NCBI GenBank assembly: GCA_964634935.1
Contig: CAZWJT010000005.1
Coordinates: forward strand, 137,128-184,768
DNA from: an uncultured Planctomycetia bacterium
GTDB lineage: Bacteria > Omnitrophota > Gorgyraeia > Duberdicusellales > Duberdicusellaceae
Length of the DNA stretch: 47,641 bases
Reading direction: 5' to 3'
Part shown: positions 18,487-28,152 of the stretch, piece after piece
Numbering within the stretch: the stretch's first letter is position 1
Layout of the letters: the number at the start of each line of letters is the position of its first letter
Position numbers and translations under genes: made by a program
The notes under the pieces: model-generated
Told to the model about the DNA's origin: nothing
The model's database searches: none
What the model saw: only the letters and a program-made list of their open reading frames with translations

Positions 18487-21030
18487 TTAGAAATCCTGAC
18501 GCTCTGCCTGAAGCCAGTTCGCTCCGGCTTTGAGCGTAACCCGCAAAGGAACCTTCAGCGACACAACATGTTCCATAACCGAACGGATTGTCTTCAAAGC
18601 TTGATCCCGCTCGTGCGCAGGAACATCAAAAACCAATTCATCGTGTACCTGCATTAAAAGTTTATAAGAACTGCTCTCCTTTTCAATCCTCTGGTAGATA
18701 TCTCTCATCGCTAATTTAATAATGTCAGCCGCGGTCCCTTGAACAGGAGCGTTGATAGCCTGCCGAGAAAGCGCCTCTTGGAGAGCGCGATTAACCGTCA
18801 TCATGTTCTCCATATAACGCCTCCTTCCAAAAAGAGTCTCGACATATCCTTTTTCCTTTGCTTGCGCAATAGTCCTATCGAGAAAACTTCTCACCTCAGG
18901 GTAACGCACGAAATATTCGTCAATAAACCTTTGCGCATCAGCGAACGAAATCGCTAATTCTTTCGCCAACCCATGAGCCGTCATTCCATAAATAATTCCG
19001 AAATTGATCCGTTTTGCAAAATCGCGCTTTTGGGCGTCAATTGTCTCCTCTGGCTCGCTAAAAAGCAATGAAGCGGTAAAAGTATGAATATCTCTGTCTT
19101 TCTGGAATGCATCAACTAAATTCTTATCTTCAGAAAGATGGGCAAGAACGCGCAGTTCGATCTGAGAATAATCAGCACTTACGATATATCCCTCCGGAAA
19201 TTGGGAAATAAAAGCGCCTCGAACCATGCGCCCAGTTTCATCGCGTATAGGAATATTCTGGACATTGGGAGAAGTTGCGGAAAGTCTTCCTGTTTGCGTG
19301 GAAACCTGAGAAAAAACAGGAGATAAAAATCCATTCGCCCCTTCCGCCTGTTTCACAAACGGCTCAAGATAAGTGCTGACTAACTTATGAATTTTGCGGT
19401 ACTCAAGGAGCAGAGCAATAATCGGATGAGCCGTGCTTAACTTTCTCAGCGTCTCCTCATCGGTAGAAAATCCTGTTTTTGTACGCCTCAATTTCGGGAG
19501 CCGTAAATCCATGAAAAGAACTTCAGCAAGCTGCTGAGGAGAATTTAAATTAAACTCTTTCTGAGCGAGCTTATGGATACGGGAACGAAGCTGAACAATT
19601 TTTTCAGCCAACTGTTTCTGCATTTTTTTAAGAAAATCAACATCGACGCGGATCGAATTTACACGCATCCAGCTTAACACGCTCACCAGGGGCATCTCAA
19701 TCTGAAAAAAGATAAAAGCGAGACTCTGCTCCCGAATCTGCTGATCCAGAATGCGGTATAATTGTTCAATGATAAAAACAGACTCTTCTGACTTCAACGT
19801 GTCTGCTTGTTTCAAATACTGCCTGCTGATATCTTCAAGGGAATATTCGGAAAAATCCGGGCGCAATACATAGCTTGCCACCATGACATCAAAATATGGA
19901 TTTCTCAAAACAATGCCATGATTATGGAGAAAAACGATACCTTCTTGTAAACCCCAAGAGATTTTTCTGATTGAATTATCTTCAAAAATTATTTTGAAAA
20001 AAGAAATATCTTCACACACAAGTTTTCCGTTGTACACACAGTATACCGTCGCTTGGTCTAAATAAAAAACGAGTTCCCGGTTCTTTAGAACAGCGTCTCT
20101 CAAGGCATCCGTAGCCCGCTGCGCAGGAGCACAAGCAGAATGGGCAACTACCGGATTTTTCATCTCGGCTAAAAATTGTTTAAACCCAAGTTTTAGGAAC
20201 AGCTCATAAAGTCGAGGTTCGTCTTTTGGTTGTATGGTAAATCCGCTCATAATATCTCCAGAAAACTGCAGATCATAGCGCAAAGTCGCTAGTTCTTTGC
20301 TCAAAAAGACCATTTCTCGATGCTGCCGAAGAATATTCTGCACCCTTTCCGGCTGAATCATGTCTATGTTTCTAAAAATCTCTTCTACGCTGCCAAATTT
20401 TTGGATAAGCTCGGTTGCCGTTTTTGGACCGATTCCCCGAGCCCCGGGGATATTATCGCTTGTATCACCACACAGAGCCAAAAAATCAACGACATATCTT
20501 GGTACAACCCCCAGTACGTCTTGAACTCTATGAACATCAAAAAAAATCTCTTTTGAAGGGTTATAAACCACCGTATGGTCGTTCACGATTTGCAAGATAT
20601 CTTTATCTGAAGTAATCGCAACTGAGAAAAGACCCTCTTTCTCAGCCTTACGAGCAAGGGTCGCAATTAAATCGTCTGCTTCAACCCCCTCTTGTTGGCA
20701 AAGAGTAATTCCCCAGAAACCTATAAGCTCTTTAATAATTCCTATTTGTATTTTCAGGGCATCAGGCAAAGCCGGCCGCTGAATCTTATAGGCGGAAAAT
20801 TTTTCGCTTCGGAATGTCTTACGCGACACATCGAAACATATCCCCATAAACACCGGGTTAAATCTATGAATGAGCTTGCGCAGAATATTTACAAATCCAA
20901 AAACTGCATTCGTCGGTATTCCATCGGGTGTCGTAAGACCTTGGATTGCATAAAAACTCCGAAAGCAGAAGGATGTTCCATCGATGATATAAAAAGTCCT
21001 TTGATTATCTATCGTTCTCTGGTCAAACAC
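18487..21030 (-). CDS. polA: DNA polymerase I (5'-3' exonuclease + polymerase; short, apparently non-catalytic 3'-5' exo region)
   Basis: IIDGTS..RSFYA, EADD, TSDKD, GDTSDNIPG, TGRLS..PNVQNIP, ADYSQIELR, AKRINFGIIYG and QVHDEL; GTG start. Confidence 0.97.
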   Translation of the reverse strand: MFDQRTIDNQRTFYIIDGTSFCFRSFYAIQGLTTPDGIPTNAVFGFVNILRKLIHRFNPVFMGICFDVSRKTFRSEKFSAYKIQRPALPDALKIQIGIIKELIGFWGITLCQQEGVEADDLIATLARKAEKEGLFSVAITSDKDILQIVNDHTVVYNPSKEIFFDVHRVQDVLGVVPRYVVDFLALCGDTSDNIPGARGIGPKTATELIQKFGSVEEIFRNIDMIQPERVQNILRQHREMVFLSKELATLRYDLQFSGDIMSGFTIQPKDEPRLYELFLKLGFKQFLAEMKNPVVAHSACAPAQRATDALRDAVLKNRELVFYLDQATVYCVYNGKLVCEDISFFKIIFEDNSIRKISWGLQEGIVFLHNHGIVLRNPYFDVMVASYVLRPDFSEYSLEDISRQYLKQADTLKSEESVFIIEQLYRILDQQIREQSLAFIFFQIEMPLVSVLSWMRVNSIRVDVDFLKKMQKQLAEKIVQLRSRIHKLAQKEFNLNSPQQLAEVLFMDLRLPKLRRTKTGFSTDEETLRKLSTAHPIIALLLEYRKIHKLVSTYLEPFVKQAEGANGFLSPVFSQVSTQTGRLSATSPNVQNIPIRDETGRMVRGAFISQFPEGYIVSADYSQIELRVLAHLSEDKNLVDAFQKDRDIHTFTASLLFSEPEETIDAQKRDFAKRINFGIIYGMTAHGLAKELAISFADAQRFIDEYFVRYPEVRSFLDRTIAQAKEKGYVETLFGRRRYMENMMTVNRALQEALSRQAINAPVQGTAADIIKLAMRDIYQRIEKESSSYKLLMQVHDELVFDVPAHERDQALKTIRSVMEHVVSLKVPLRVTLKAGANWLQAERQDF

Positions 21031-21065
21031 AGATACTACTATTACACTCTGAGGAACATGGGGGT

Positions 21066-21902
21066 TTATTCTTTCGGAATTTCAAGAACCAGCGCGATCG
21101 CACGCTTCAGTTCCTGTGTCAGCGAAAGATAATCGTCTGTTTTCAAATAATTAAGACCATTGGTAATGTGAAGCGCGACTTCTTCCTTGACGGTTTGCTT
21201 TTTCGCCTTCCGGTAATACTCTTTTAAGTCCGCCCGGAGTTTTTGATCGGAAGGCTGCAACAAATACCCGGCTTCAAACTCAGCTGACGCGCTCTTATAT
21301 CGCTCACGCTTAAAAGCTTCCATGCCCCGGTCGAAATAATTCTGAGCTTTTTCGTTCAGCTCCTGTCGATACTGTCGACTCTCGTAAGCCTGTCTGTCAG
21401 AAAGATCTTTCGCTCGAACCCGGGAATCGAATGCTTTCACTTTTTCGCTTACACCCGGATACCGCGACAATCTCATAAAATACTTACGGGCCTTTTCGGT
21501 CCATAAATCTCCTTCTTTGCCTTTTTGGTAACGCAAATACCAGTAATAGGCCGCATGGGGAAAATCTTTCTTCCTCTCATACAGAAAGCCAAGATTCGCA
21601 TAGGGAGGAAGGTAGTCCGGGTCTATATCAACCGCCTTTAAATACATCTGCTCTGCGGTGAGGGTATCCCCGAGCTGTTCACAAACAACGCCCAAATCAT
21701 TGTAGGCTTCTTTGAACATCGAATCAAGGCTGATTGCTTTCTCGAAGAATGACTTTGCTTCACTGTATTTTTTGAATGACTGCTTCCGAAGCCCTTCGTC
21801 TCGATACTCACGAGCTTGTTGCAAAGCGATAGTATCTTCAGCAAAAGCACATACCGCTACGGAATACAGGAGAATGAAGAATGTGATGGTTGATTTTATC
21901 AT
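21066..21902 (-). CDS. Exported tetratricopeptide-repeat protein, function unknown
   Basis: N-terminal signal-like segment (ITFFILLYSVAVCAFA-E); TPR patterns AYNDLGVV..G..AEQMYLKAV.IDP.Y and YFDRGMEAF..YKSA. Confidence 0.8.
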   Translation of the reverse strand: MIKSTITFFILLYSVAVCAFAEDTIALQQAREYRDEGLRKQSFKKYSEAKSFFEKAISLDSMFKEAYNDLGVVCEQLGDTLTAEQMYLKAVDIDPDYLPPYANLGFLYERKKDFPHAAYYWYLRYQKGKEGDLWTEKARKYFMRLSRYPGVSEKVKAFDSRVRAKDLSDRQAYESRQYRQELNEKAQNYFDRGMEAFKRERYKSASAEFEAGYLLQPSDQKLRADLKEYYRKAKKQTVKEEVALHITNGLNYLKTDDYLSLTQELKRAIALVLEIPKE

Positions 21903-21930
21903 TACTTCGCAGGCATAGTGAACTGATTAA

Positions 21931-21959
21931 AAAATATCATAAGAGTCACTCTCTGTCAA
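21931..21959 (-). promoter_or_regulatory. Putative sigma70 promoter TTGACA-N17-TATTTT upstream of the TPR gene and polA
   Basis: Minus strand TTGACA (21959-21954), 17-nt spacer, TATTTT (21936-21931). Confidence 0.55.
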
Positions 21960-21960
21960 A

Positions 21961-22575
21961 CTATTTTTGTTCTTTTTGCCTTTTGGAATACGGAAAAAAG
22001 TTTTTCTTGTGGCGAATCATAATAAAGAGAAAAACAGCACAGGAAAAAACCTGCAATGGCAAATCTACGTGAACAAAAAAACAAGTAGCACAAAATAATC
22101 CAGCGGCAACACACGAAGCAATGGCGACCACATGAGTGAGAACAAAAAAAACAATCCACGCGCCGACAGCGATAAATACCGGGATCTTAAGCGCACCAAA
22201 AAAGAGAGAAAGAGAAACAACAGCTCCAAGGCTCGTTGAAACACCCTTCCCTCCTCTAAAAAGAAGGAACACTGGCCAATTATGCCCACAAATAGTTGCC
22301 AAAGCAAGGAGAAGAAAACCAAAAGAATTTTCCTGAGGAATAGCCACAAAACGACTCACAAGCCAGAGCGGGAAGAAACCTTTTAAAAAATCAAGAATAA
22401 ATACAAGTACTCCCCAGCGGAAACCAAGCATCCGAGCAACATTGGTAGCGCCAATATTCCCTGAGCCGAAAGTGCGCACATCCCGTTGGGCCACCAAAAA
22501 ACCAACCAAAAGACCGAAAGGTATCGAGCCTAAAAGATAGCAAAAACCCAAAGCGAGAATAAATTGAAGTGCCAT
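21961..22575 (-). CDS. plsY: Glycerol-3-phosphate acyltransferase PlsY
   Basis: YLLGSIPFG, GSGNIGATNVAR, DFLKG, GHNWPVF..FRGGKGVST and RHKKN. Confidence 0.96.
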   Translation of the reverse strand: MALQFILALGFCYLLGSIPFGLLVGFLVAQRDVRTFGSGNIGATNVARMLGFRWGVLVFILDFLKGFFPLWLVSRFVAIPQENSFGFLLLALATICGHNWPVFLLFRGGKGVSTSLGAVVSLSLFFGALKIPVFIAVGAWIVFFVLTHVVAIASCVAAGLFCATCFFVHVDLPLQVFSCAVFLFIMIRHKKNFFPYSKRQKEQK

Positions 22576-22617
22576 GATTATTTCTTTGTAGAATTTTCTG
22601 GAAAATACATTTTTTAT

Positions 22618-23193
22618 TTAGAGCGCCTTAGTGGAAGTTTTTTTGTCAAAAACGTTGAGCGCTTCTACCCCGCGTTTTAGATAAAGCCAACCAGAAATAA
22701 CCGTCAGAATACAAGCACTTGTCCACACAATAGATGCGTACGGAAAATTGACCAACACCGAGAGTACGGTTGCCATCTGAAAAAATGTAGTAAGCTTACC
22801 CCAAATATTAGGATCGATGGTTACCTCGATCTTAAAAAGAAAAAAAACAAGCACTCCCAAAAGCAACAGCAAATCTCTGCTGAGTACGATGAGTACTACG
22901 CTTAAGGGGAGTTCAACACTTGGTAGCCGGCCACGCAGATGGTAAATCCAAATAAACGCGTTCAGAAGAAGAAGCTTGTCAGCGAGCGGGTCCAAGATTT
23001 TACCTACTTCGGTCCGTTGCTTTTTCCAGCGCGCAATCAATCCGTCAATAATATCCGTGAGCATTGCGAGAAAGAAAATCAAAACGCAAACCCACTTCAT
23101 TGCCGGACGAGCTTCGGTATAATAAAAAAGGCTTGCAACAAAAAAAGGAATAACCAGAATGCGCGATAAAGATATTTTATTGGCAAAACTCAT
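22618..23193 (-). CDS. pgsA: CDP-diacylglycerol--glycerol-3-phosphate 3-phosphatidyltransferase (CDP-alcohol phosphatidyltransferase family)
   Basis: ANKISLSR, TDIIDGLIAR..GKILDPLADK and GKLTTFFQ. Confidence 0.88.
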   Translation of the reverse strand: MSFANKISLSRILVIPFFVASLFYYTEARPAMKWVCVLIFFLAMLTDIIDGLIARWKKQRTEVGKILDPLADKLLLLNAFIWIYHLRGRLPSVELPLSVVLIVLSRDLLLLLGVLVFFLFKIEVTIDPNIWGKLTTFFQMATVLSVLVNFPYASIVWTSACILTVISGWLYLKRGVEALNVFDKKTSTKAL

Positions 23194-23238
23194 GCTCCTC
23201 CTTGCCTTTTCACAAAACCACTGAACAATACAGAAAAA

Positions 23239-23820
23239 TCATTCGACTATTTTTATCCTCGAAAAAGGCCACCAGATACAAAGTGCTTTCCCAATAATAT
23301 TCTTCTTCGGAACAAAACCCCAATATCGGCTATCACGAGAAGAGGCGCTGTTATCGCCAAGGACAAAAAAACTGTCCGCCGGAACCACAAGCTCTTTTTT
23401 TTCCTGGCCGTATTCCCCAAAGTTATAATAAAAACGCTTGCTAATTCTCGGATCGCTCACCGGCTCACCATTCAAATAAATATTACCATTGGCAATACGT
23501 ACTTTGTCTCCCGGAAGACCGATGAGGCGCTTCACATAGGATTTCTGAGGATCAGGAGGAGCGATAAATACGACGATATCCCCTCGTTTTGGAGTAGTAA
23601 AACCCCAGAGACGAAATCCGATAAAGGGAATACGGGGACCATAATGAATCTTACTAACAAAAATCTTATCTTTGGGTAAAAAAGTCGGAACCATAGATGA
23701 GGTTGGAATCATATAGGGCTCAAAAAGCAACGTACGCACGATCACTGCGAGAACAAAAGCCCAGAGAAAAGCATCAAACCATTCACGGATAATCTGTTTT
23801 ATTGTTTTTTTCCCAGCCAT
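23239..23820 (-). CDS. lepB: Signal peptidase I
   Basis: IPTSSMVPT (Ser), YVKRLIGLPGD (Lys) and GDNSASSRDSRYWG; follows lepA. Confidence 0.96.
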   Translation of the reverse strand: MAGKKTIKQIIREWFDAFLWAFVLAVIVRTLLFEPYMIPTSSMVPTFLPKDKIFVSKIHYGPRIPFIGFRLWGFTTPKRGDIVVFIAPPDPQKSYVKRLIGLPGDKVRIANGNIYLNGEPVSDPRISKRFYYNFGEYGQEKKELVVPADSFFVLGDNSASSRDSRYWGFVPKKNIIGKALCIWWPFSRIKIVE

Positions 23821-23827
23821 ACCTCAC

Positions 23828-25624
23828 CTAGATTTTCAAAACTTCGAAAAAAGCCTGCTGAGGAACTTCAACCTCGCCAAGTTGTTTCATCTTTTTTTTA
23901 CCTTCTTTTTGCCGCTCCCATAATTTACGTTTCCGGGTAATATCTCCCCCGTAGCATTTACTGGTCACATCCTTTTTCAGCGCGGAAATCCTTTCAGAAG
24001 CGATAATCTTTGAACCGATCGCCGCCTGGATGCTTACTTCAAACATATGCCGCGGGATAAATTCACGCAGCTTAGCCACAAACTGACGTGAACGTTGTTC
24101 GGCTTTTTCACGGTGGACTAAAAGAGCAAAAATGCCTGAAGGCCTGTGGTTTAAAAGAATCTCTACCTTAACCACATCGGAAACTCTATAACCGATAAAC
24201 TCGTAGTCAAGCGATCCGTAACCTTTCGTGTATGTCTTTATTTTATCATAAAAATCAATAATTACCTCTGCAAGCGGCATCTCAAAAATAATTGCCAATC
24301 GATCCTCTCCAAGATAATCAGTTTTTTGGTAAATCCCCCGTCGTGATTTAGCAAGTTCATAGAGGGAATCCATATATTCAAGAGGGGTAACAATTGTGGC
24401 AAGCACATACGGCTCTCTGACTTCGGCAATCTGCTCAGGTAATGGAAATTTGTAGGGAGTTTCTACGATGAGCACTTCGTTCTTTTTGGTCGTTACTTCA
24501 TATCGAACATTTGGTGAGGTGAGCACTAAATCCATCCCGTACTCTCGTTCTAATCTTTGCCGGATAATCTCCATATGCAACAAACCTAGGAAGCCACATC
24601 GAAAACCATACCCGAGAATCCCGAGGTTATCTGGTTCGTGAACAAACGAAGGATCAGAAAGGCGTAGCTTCTCAATCGCATCTTTCAACACAGGGTAATC
24701 ACTGACTGCAACCGGAAAAATACCGCAGAACACCATAGGAGGAATCTTTTTGTAAGAAAAAATCTTCTGCGCTGTCGGGCGCTTCGTTTCGGTAATCGCA
24801 TCAGGGATAGAAACCTCTTGAGGATCACGGATTGAACAAGAAATAAAACCAACTTCCCCTGCCCCCAGCTTTTCTACTAACTCAGCCTTGGGCTTAAAAA
24901 CCCCTACATCTTCAACAAGATAACTCTTTCCTCTCTCAATCATTGTAACAGCCAATCCTCTGGTAAGCTCTCCTTCAAATACACGTACATAGAGGATGAC
25001 TCCTTTATAGGGGTCAAAACTGGAATCAAAAAGAAAACCCCGTAAAGGCTCCTGCTGGTTCCGCGACGGAGGAGGAATTTCCCTGGTAATGCGCTCCAAA
25101 ACCTCCAGTACCCCCGTTCCTTCTTTTGCTGAGATAAATGATACCTGGTCATGAACAATGCCAAAAATATCGTGGAGTTGTTTGGCAGTCCTCTCCATAT
25201 CAGCTCCCGGCAAATCTATCTTGTTGACAACCGGGATGATATAAAGACCAGCTTCTTTGGCGAGATGAAAATTCGCTACGGTTTGCGCTTCAACTCCTTG
25301 AGACGCGTCTATCAGAAGTAAAGCCCCTTCGCATGCGCCGAGCGATTTAGCCACTTCATACGCGAAATCAACATGACCAGGAGTGTCAATAAGATTAAAA
25401 ATGTAATTCTGGCCGGAAGCGGAAGTAAACTGTAAACGAACCGCTTTGGCCTTAATGGTAATCCCCCGTTCTCGCTCAAGCTCCATTCCGTCAAGCATCT
25501 GTTCATGGAAATTCCTTCTATCGACGGCTCCGGTAAGTTCAAGAAATCGGTCAGCCAAAGTCGACTTCCCATGATCGATATGGGCAATGATACAAAAATT
25601 TCTAATCAGGCAGTCAGAAGTCAT
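23828..25624 (-). CDS. lepA: Elongation factor 4 (LepA)
   Basis: IRNFCIIAHIDHGKST, ERERGITIKA, DTPGHVDF, GFRCGFLGLLH and KCYGGDITRKRKL. Confidence 0.98.
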   Translation of the reverse strand: MTSDCLIRNFCIIAHIDHGKSTLADRFLELTGAVDRRNFHEQMLDGMELERERGITIKAKAVRLQFTSASGQNYIFNLIDTPGHVDFAYEVAKSLGACEGALLLIDASQGVEAQTVANFHLAKEAGLYIIPVVNKIDLPGADMERTAKQLHDIFGIVHDQVSFISAKEGTGVLEVLERITREIPPPSRNQQEPLRGFLFDSSFDPYKGVILYVRVFEGELTRGLAVTMIERGKSYLVEDVGVFKPKAELVEKLGAGEVGFISCSIRDPQEVSIPDAITETKRPTAQKIFSYKKIPPMVFCGIFPVAVSDYPVLKDAIEKLRLSDPSFVHEPDNLGILGYGFRCGFLGLLHMEIIRQRLEREYGMDLVLTSPNVRYEVTTKKNEVLIVETPYKFPLPEQIAEVREPYVLATIVTPLEYMDSLYELAKSRRGIYQKTDYLGEDRLAIIFEMPLAEVIIDFYDKIKTYTKGYGSLDYEFIGYRVSDVVKVEILLNHRPSGIFALLVHREKAEQRSRQFVAKLREFIPRHMFEVSIQAAIGSKIIASERISALKKDVTSKCYGGDITRKRKLWERQKEGKKKMKQLGEVEVPQQAFFEVLKI

Positions 25625-26301
25625 GAGTCTTTAAACCGCTGCGTTTTGCAGTTTTTCACAATCTGTATTATCTGTTCTTCAACTTCCGAAATGGAATAAC
25701 CCGTTGTGTCAAGAACAAAAGCTCCGGGAACCTTTTTTAGTCCGCCGACATTTCTTCCAAAATCCTTCGTATCCCGTATCCGCAGGTCTTCTTTTACTTT
25801 CTCTCGAGATATTTCTTTACCACGCGCCCTGAATTCTTTCCAGCGCCGTTCGACACGTTCCTCAAAAGAAGCATCCAGGAAAATTTTTATATCTGCATCA
25901 GGAAAAACCACGCTCGTCGTATCCCTGCCTTCCAAAACCGCAGGCGTACCCGCCCCTAATTTCCGTTGTTGCTCTACAAGCAGCTGGCGAATCAAAATAT
26001 TATCAGCAACATAAAACACCTTATTCGTTACATCCGGGGTTCGTATGTGCTCAGTTACATCCTGCCCATCGAGAAAAACCCGGAGAACTTGATTTTCCAT
26101 ACAAAGAGACACTGTTGTTCTTTTGGCCATATCAAGAAGTGCTTGGCCATCATCAAAAGAAATGCCCTGCTCAATCGCCTTCAAGGTGACTGCGCGGTAC
26201 ATCGCCCCCGTATCAATGTAAAGAAAATTCAGTTTCTGAGCGATACTTTTTGCGATAGTGCTTTTTCCTGAACCAGCTGGGCCGTCAATAGCGATAATCA
26301 T
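25621..26301 (-). CDS. cmk: Cytidylate kinase
   Basis: IIAIDGPAGSGKST, IDTGAMYRA, EGRD and KIFLDAS. Start ATG 26301 (ORF track 26391). Confidence 0.96.
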   Translation of the reverse strand: MIIAIDGPAGSGKSTIAKSIAQKLNFLYIDTGAMYRAVTLKAIEQGISFDDGQALLDMAKRTTVSLCMENQVLRVFLDGQDVTEHIRTPDVTNKVFYVADNILIRQLLVEQQRKLGAGTPAVLEGRDTTSVVFPDADIKIFLDASFEERVERRWKEFRARGKEISREKVKEDLRIRDTKDFGRNVGGLKKVPGAFVLDTTGYSISEVEEQIIQIVKNCKTQRFKDS

Positions 26302-27133
26302 CGTTCTTGGAAAAATTTCCTTTCTTCTGCGCGATACGCTGCAACAGCAAAAGCGTCTGCTTCCGGTTCTGAGAAAGCACATACTGCGCAAGCTTCTGAA
26401 AACTTTTGTAGAATCTGTTTGTTGTTTTTTTTAGATAATCGCGGTTTAAATGCAGAATGGGTTCCCAGACATGAGCATCTGAAGCGGCAACCCGAACCAT
26501 ATCCCGAAAAGAACCGGCGGTATAACGCAAGTACTCCCGAGGAACACACTCCATTAATGCAAAAGCGAGTAGGTGCGGCAAATGGGAAGTATAGGCTAAG
26601 ATGGCATCGTGTTCTTCCGCAGAAAGTAGTTCAACCTTTGCTCCTAAAGAACGCCAAAGGCCTGCAACCTTCGTGAAAACATCGTTATTGGCAAGCGGAG
26701 TCAAAATACACACCATGCCTTCAAAAATACCTTTTTGGCTATGGATAATCCCTTTCTTTTCTGAGCCGCACAACGGATGAGTGCCTACAAAATTATCGGG
26801 GATACACTTTTGCGCCATCTGCATGATTGCTCGTTTGGTGCTTCCGATATCAAAAACAACGGCATCACTGGAAAGACAAGTTTTGAGTTTTGGCAAAGTT
26901 TTTAGAATAGTTTCAACAGGGGTTGCCAGAACAATGAGATCGGCTCCACGACATGCGCTCTCTACATCATTGGTAACCCGATCAAAAATACGGTGTTTTT
27001 GAATCTCGGCTATTCTCTTCTGGTTACGTGTAACTGCCCAAAGCAAACCAGAAATTTTTTTAGCTTTTAAGTCCCGGGCAAGGGAGCTGCCCATAAAACC
27101 TGGACCAACAATAACCGCTTTCTTGAATCGCAT
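26285..27133 (-). CDS. tyrA: Prephenate/arogenate dehydrogenase
   Basis: Rossmann motif VGPGFMGSS, FDIGSTK, GTHPLCGSE, HDAILAYTSHLPH and GSFRDMVRVA. Confidence 0.92.
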   Translation of the reverse strand: MRFKKAVIVGPGFMGSSLARDLKAKKISGLLWAVTRNQKRIAEIQKHRIFDRVTNDVESACRGADLIVLATPVETILKTLPKLKTCLSSDAVVFDIGSTKRAIMQMAQKCIPDNFVGTHPLCGSEKKGIIHSQKGIFEGMVCILTPLANNDVFTKVAGLWRSLGAKVELLSAEEHDAILAYTSHLPHLLAFALMECVPREYLRYTAGSFRDMVRVAASDAHVWEPILHLNRDYLKKTTNRFYKSFQKLAQYVLSQNRKQTLLLLQRIAQKKGNFSKNDDYRY

Positions 27134-27135
27134 GG

Positions 27136-28152
27136 CTACAAAGTTCTTTCAACTGCAGAAGCGACTCCGCGGAGTTGTTTTACCAGCTCCCCAAATCGTT
27201 CAGGAATGAGCTGCTGAGGGCCGTCGCTCAATGCTTCTTCAGGGTTAGGATGCACTTCAATCAAAAGTCCGTCAGCGCCGGCAGCCACAGCCGCACATGA
27301 GAGAGGAGCAACTAAACCCCACCTGCCGACTGCGTGTGAAGGATCAACAATAATCGGCAAATGAGACAACTTCTTGATTATCGGTACAGCGCTGATATCC
27401 AGCGTATTCCTCGTAGCATCCTCAAAGGTTCGAATACCGCGCTCACAGAGAATCACATTAAAATTACCGCTTGCCAAAATATATTCGGCGCTCATCAACA
27501 ATTCTTTGATTGTCGCACTGAGCCCCCGCTTCAAAATAACAGGCTTGTTGGTTTGCCCAACTTCCTTCAAAAGATGAAAATTCTGCATATTCCGAGCACC
27601 TATCTGCAGTACATCCGCATACTTACTTACCAATGGAACATCGCGCGTATCCATCACTTCGGTAACCGTTACGAGTCCAAATTCCTGGCCGACGGCGGAA
27701 AGTATTTTTAAACCTTCTTCTCCTAACCCCTGGAAAGCATATGGGGATGTTCTCGGTTTAAAAGCACCTCCGCGTAAAAATCCAACTCCGTATTGAGAAA
27801 TTTTCCCGGCAACCGTCCGAAGTTGTTCTTCGGATTCAATTGAACAAGGACCAGCGATTATCGTAACCTTTTTGCCCCCGATCTCAAATCCTTCTCTAAT
27901 CTTAATGACTGAAAGTTGAGGTTTGAAATCCGAAGAAACCAGTTTATAGGGAGCAAGCACTGGCAGAACTTGTTCAACACCAGGGAGGATTTCAAGAGGC
28001 TGAGAACGCAAGATATCTTCTGGCCCGATGACACCGATAATCGTTCGAGAAACACCTTCAGAAACAATCGTTTTTAAGCCAAGCTTATTGACTTTTTCTA
28101 TGATGTAATTTATCTCCCCTGGAGTGGCTCCGGAACGCAGCACTATAATCAT
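27136..28152 (-). CDS. aroF: DAHP synthase, type I-beta with N-terminal regulatory domain
   Basis: IAGPCSIE, GGAFKPRTSPY, QIGARNMQNF, KRG, LCERGIRTF, DPSH and IEVHPNP. Confidence 0.95.
   Translation of the reverse strand: MIIVLRSGATPGEINYIIEKVNKLGLKTIVSEGVSRTIIGVIGPEDILRSQPLEILPGVEQVLPVLAPYKLVSSDFKPQLSVIKIREGFEIGGKKVTIIAGPCSIESEEQLRTVAGKISQYGVGFLRGGAFKPRTSPYAFQGLGEEGLKILSAVGQEFGLVTVTEVMDTRDVPLVSKYADVLQIGARNMQNFHLLKEVGQTNKPVILKRGLSATIKELLMSAEYILASGNFNVILCERGIRTFEDATRNTLDISAVPIIKKLSHLPIIVDPSHAVGRWGLVAPLSCAAVAAGADGLLIEVHPNPEEALSDGPQQLIPERFGELVKQLRGVASAVERTL

Noticed and set aside
19700-20250. PolA central region lacking recognisable 3'-5' exonuclease motifs
   Set aside because: Proofreading-less PolA is common in many bacterial lineages; not novel. 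Boundaries are approximate.
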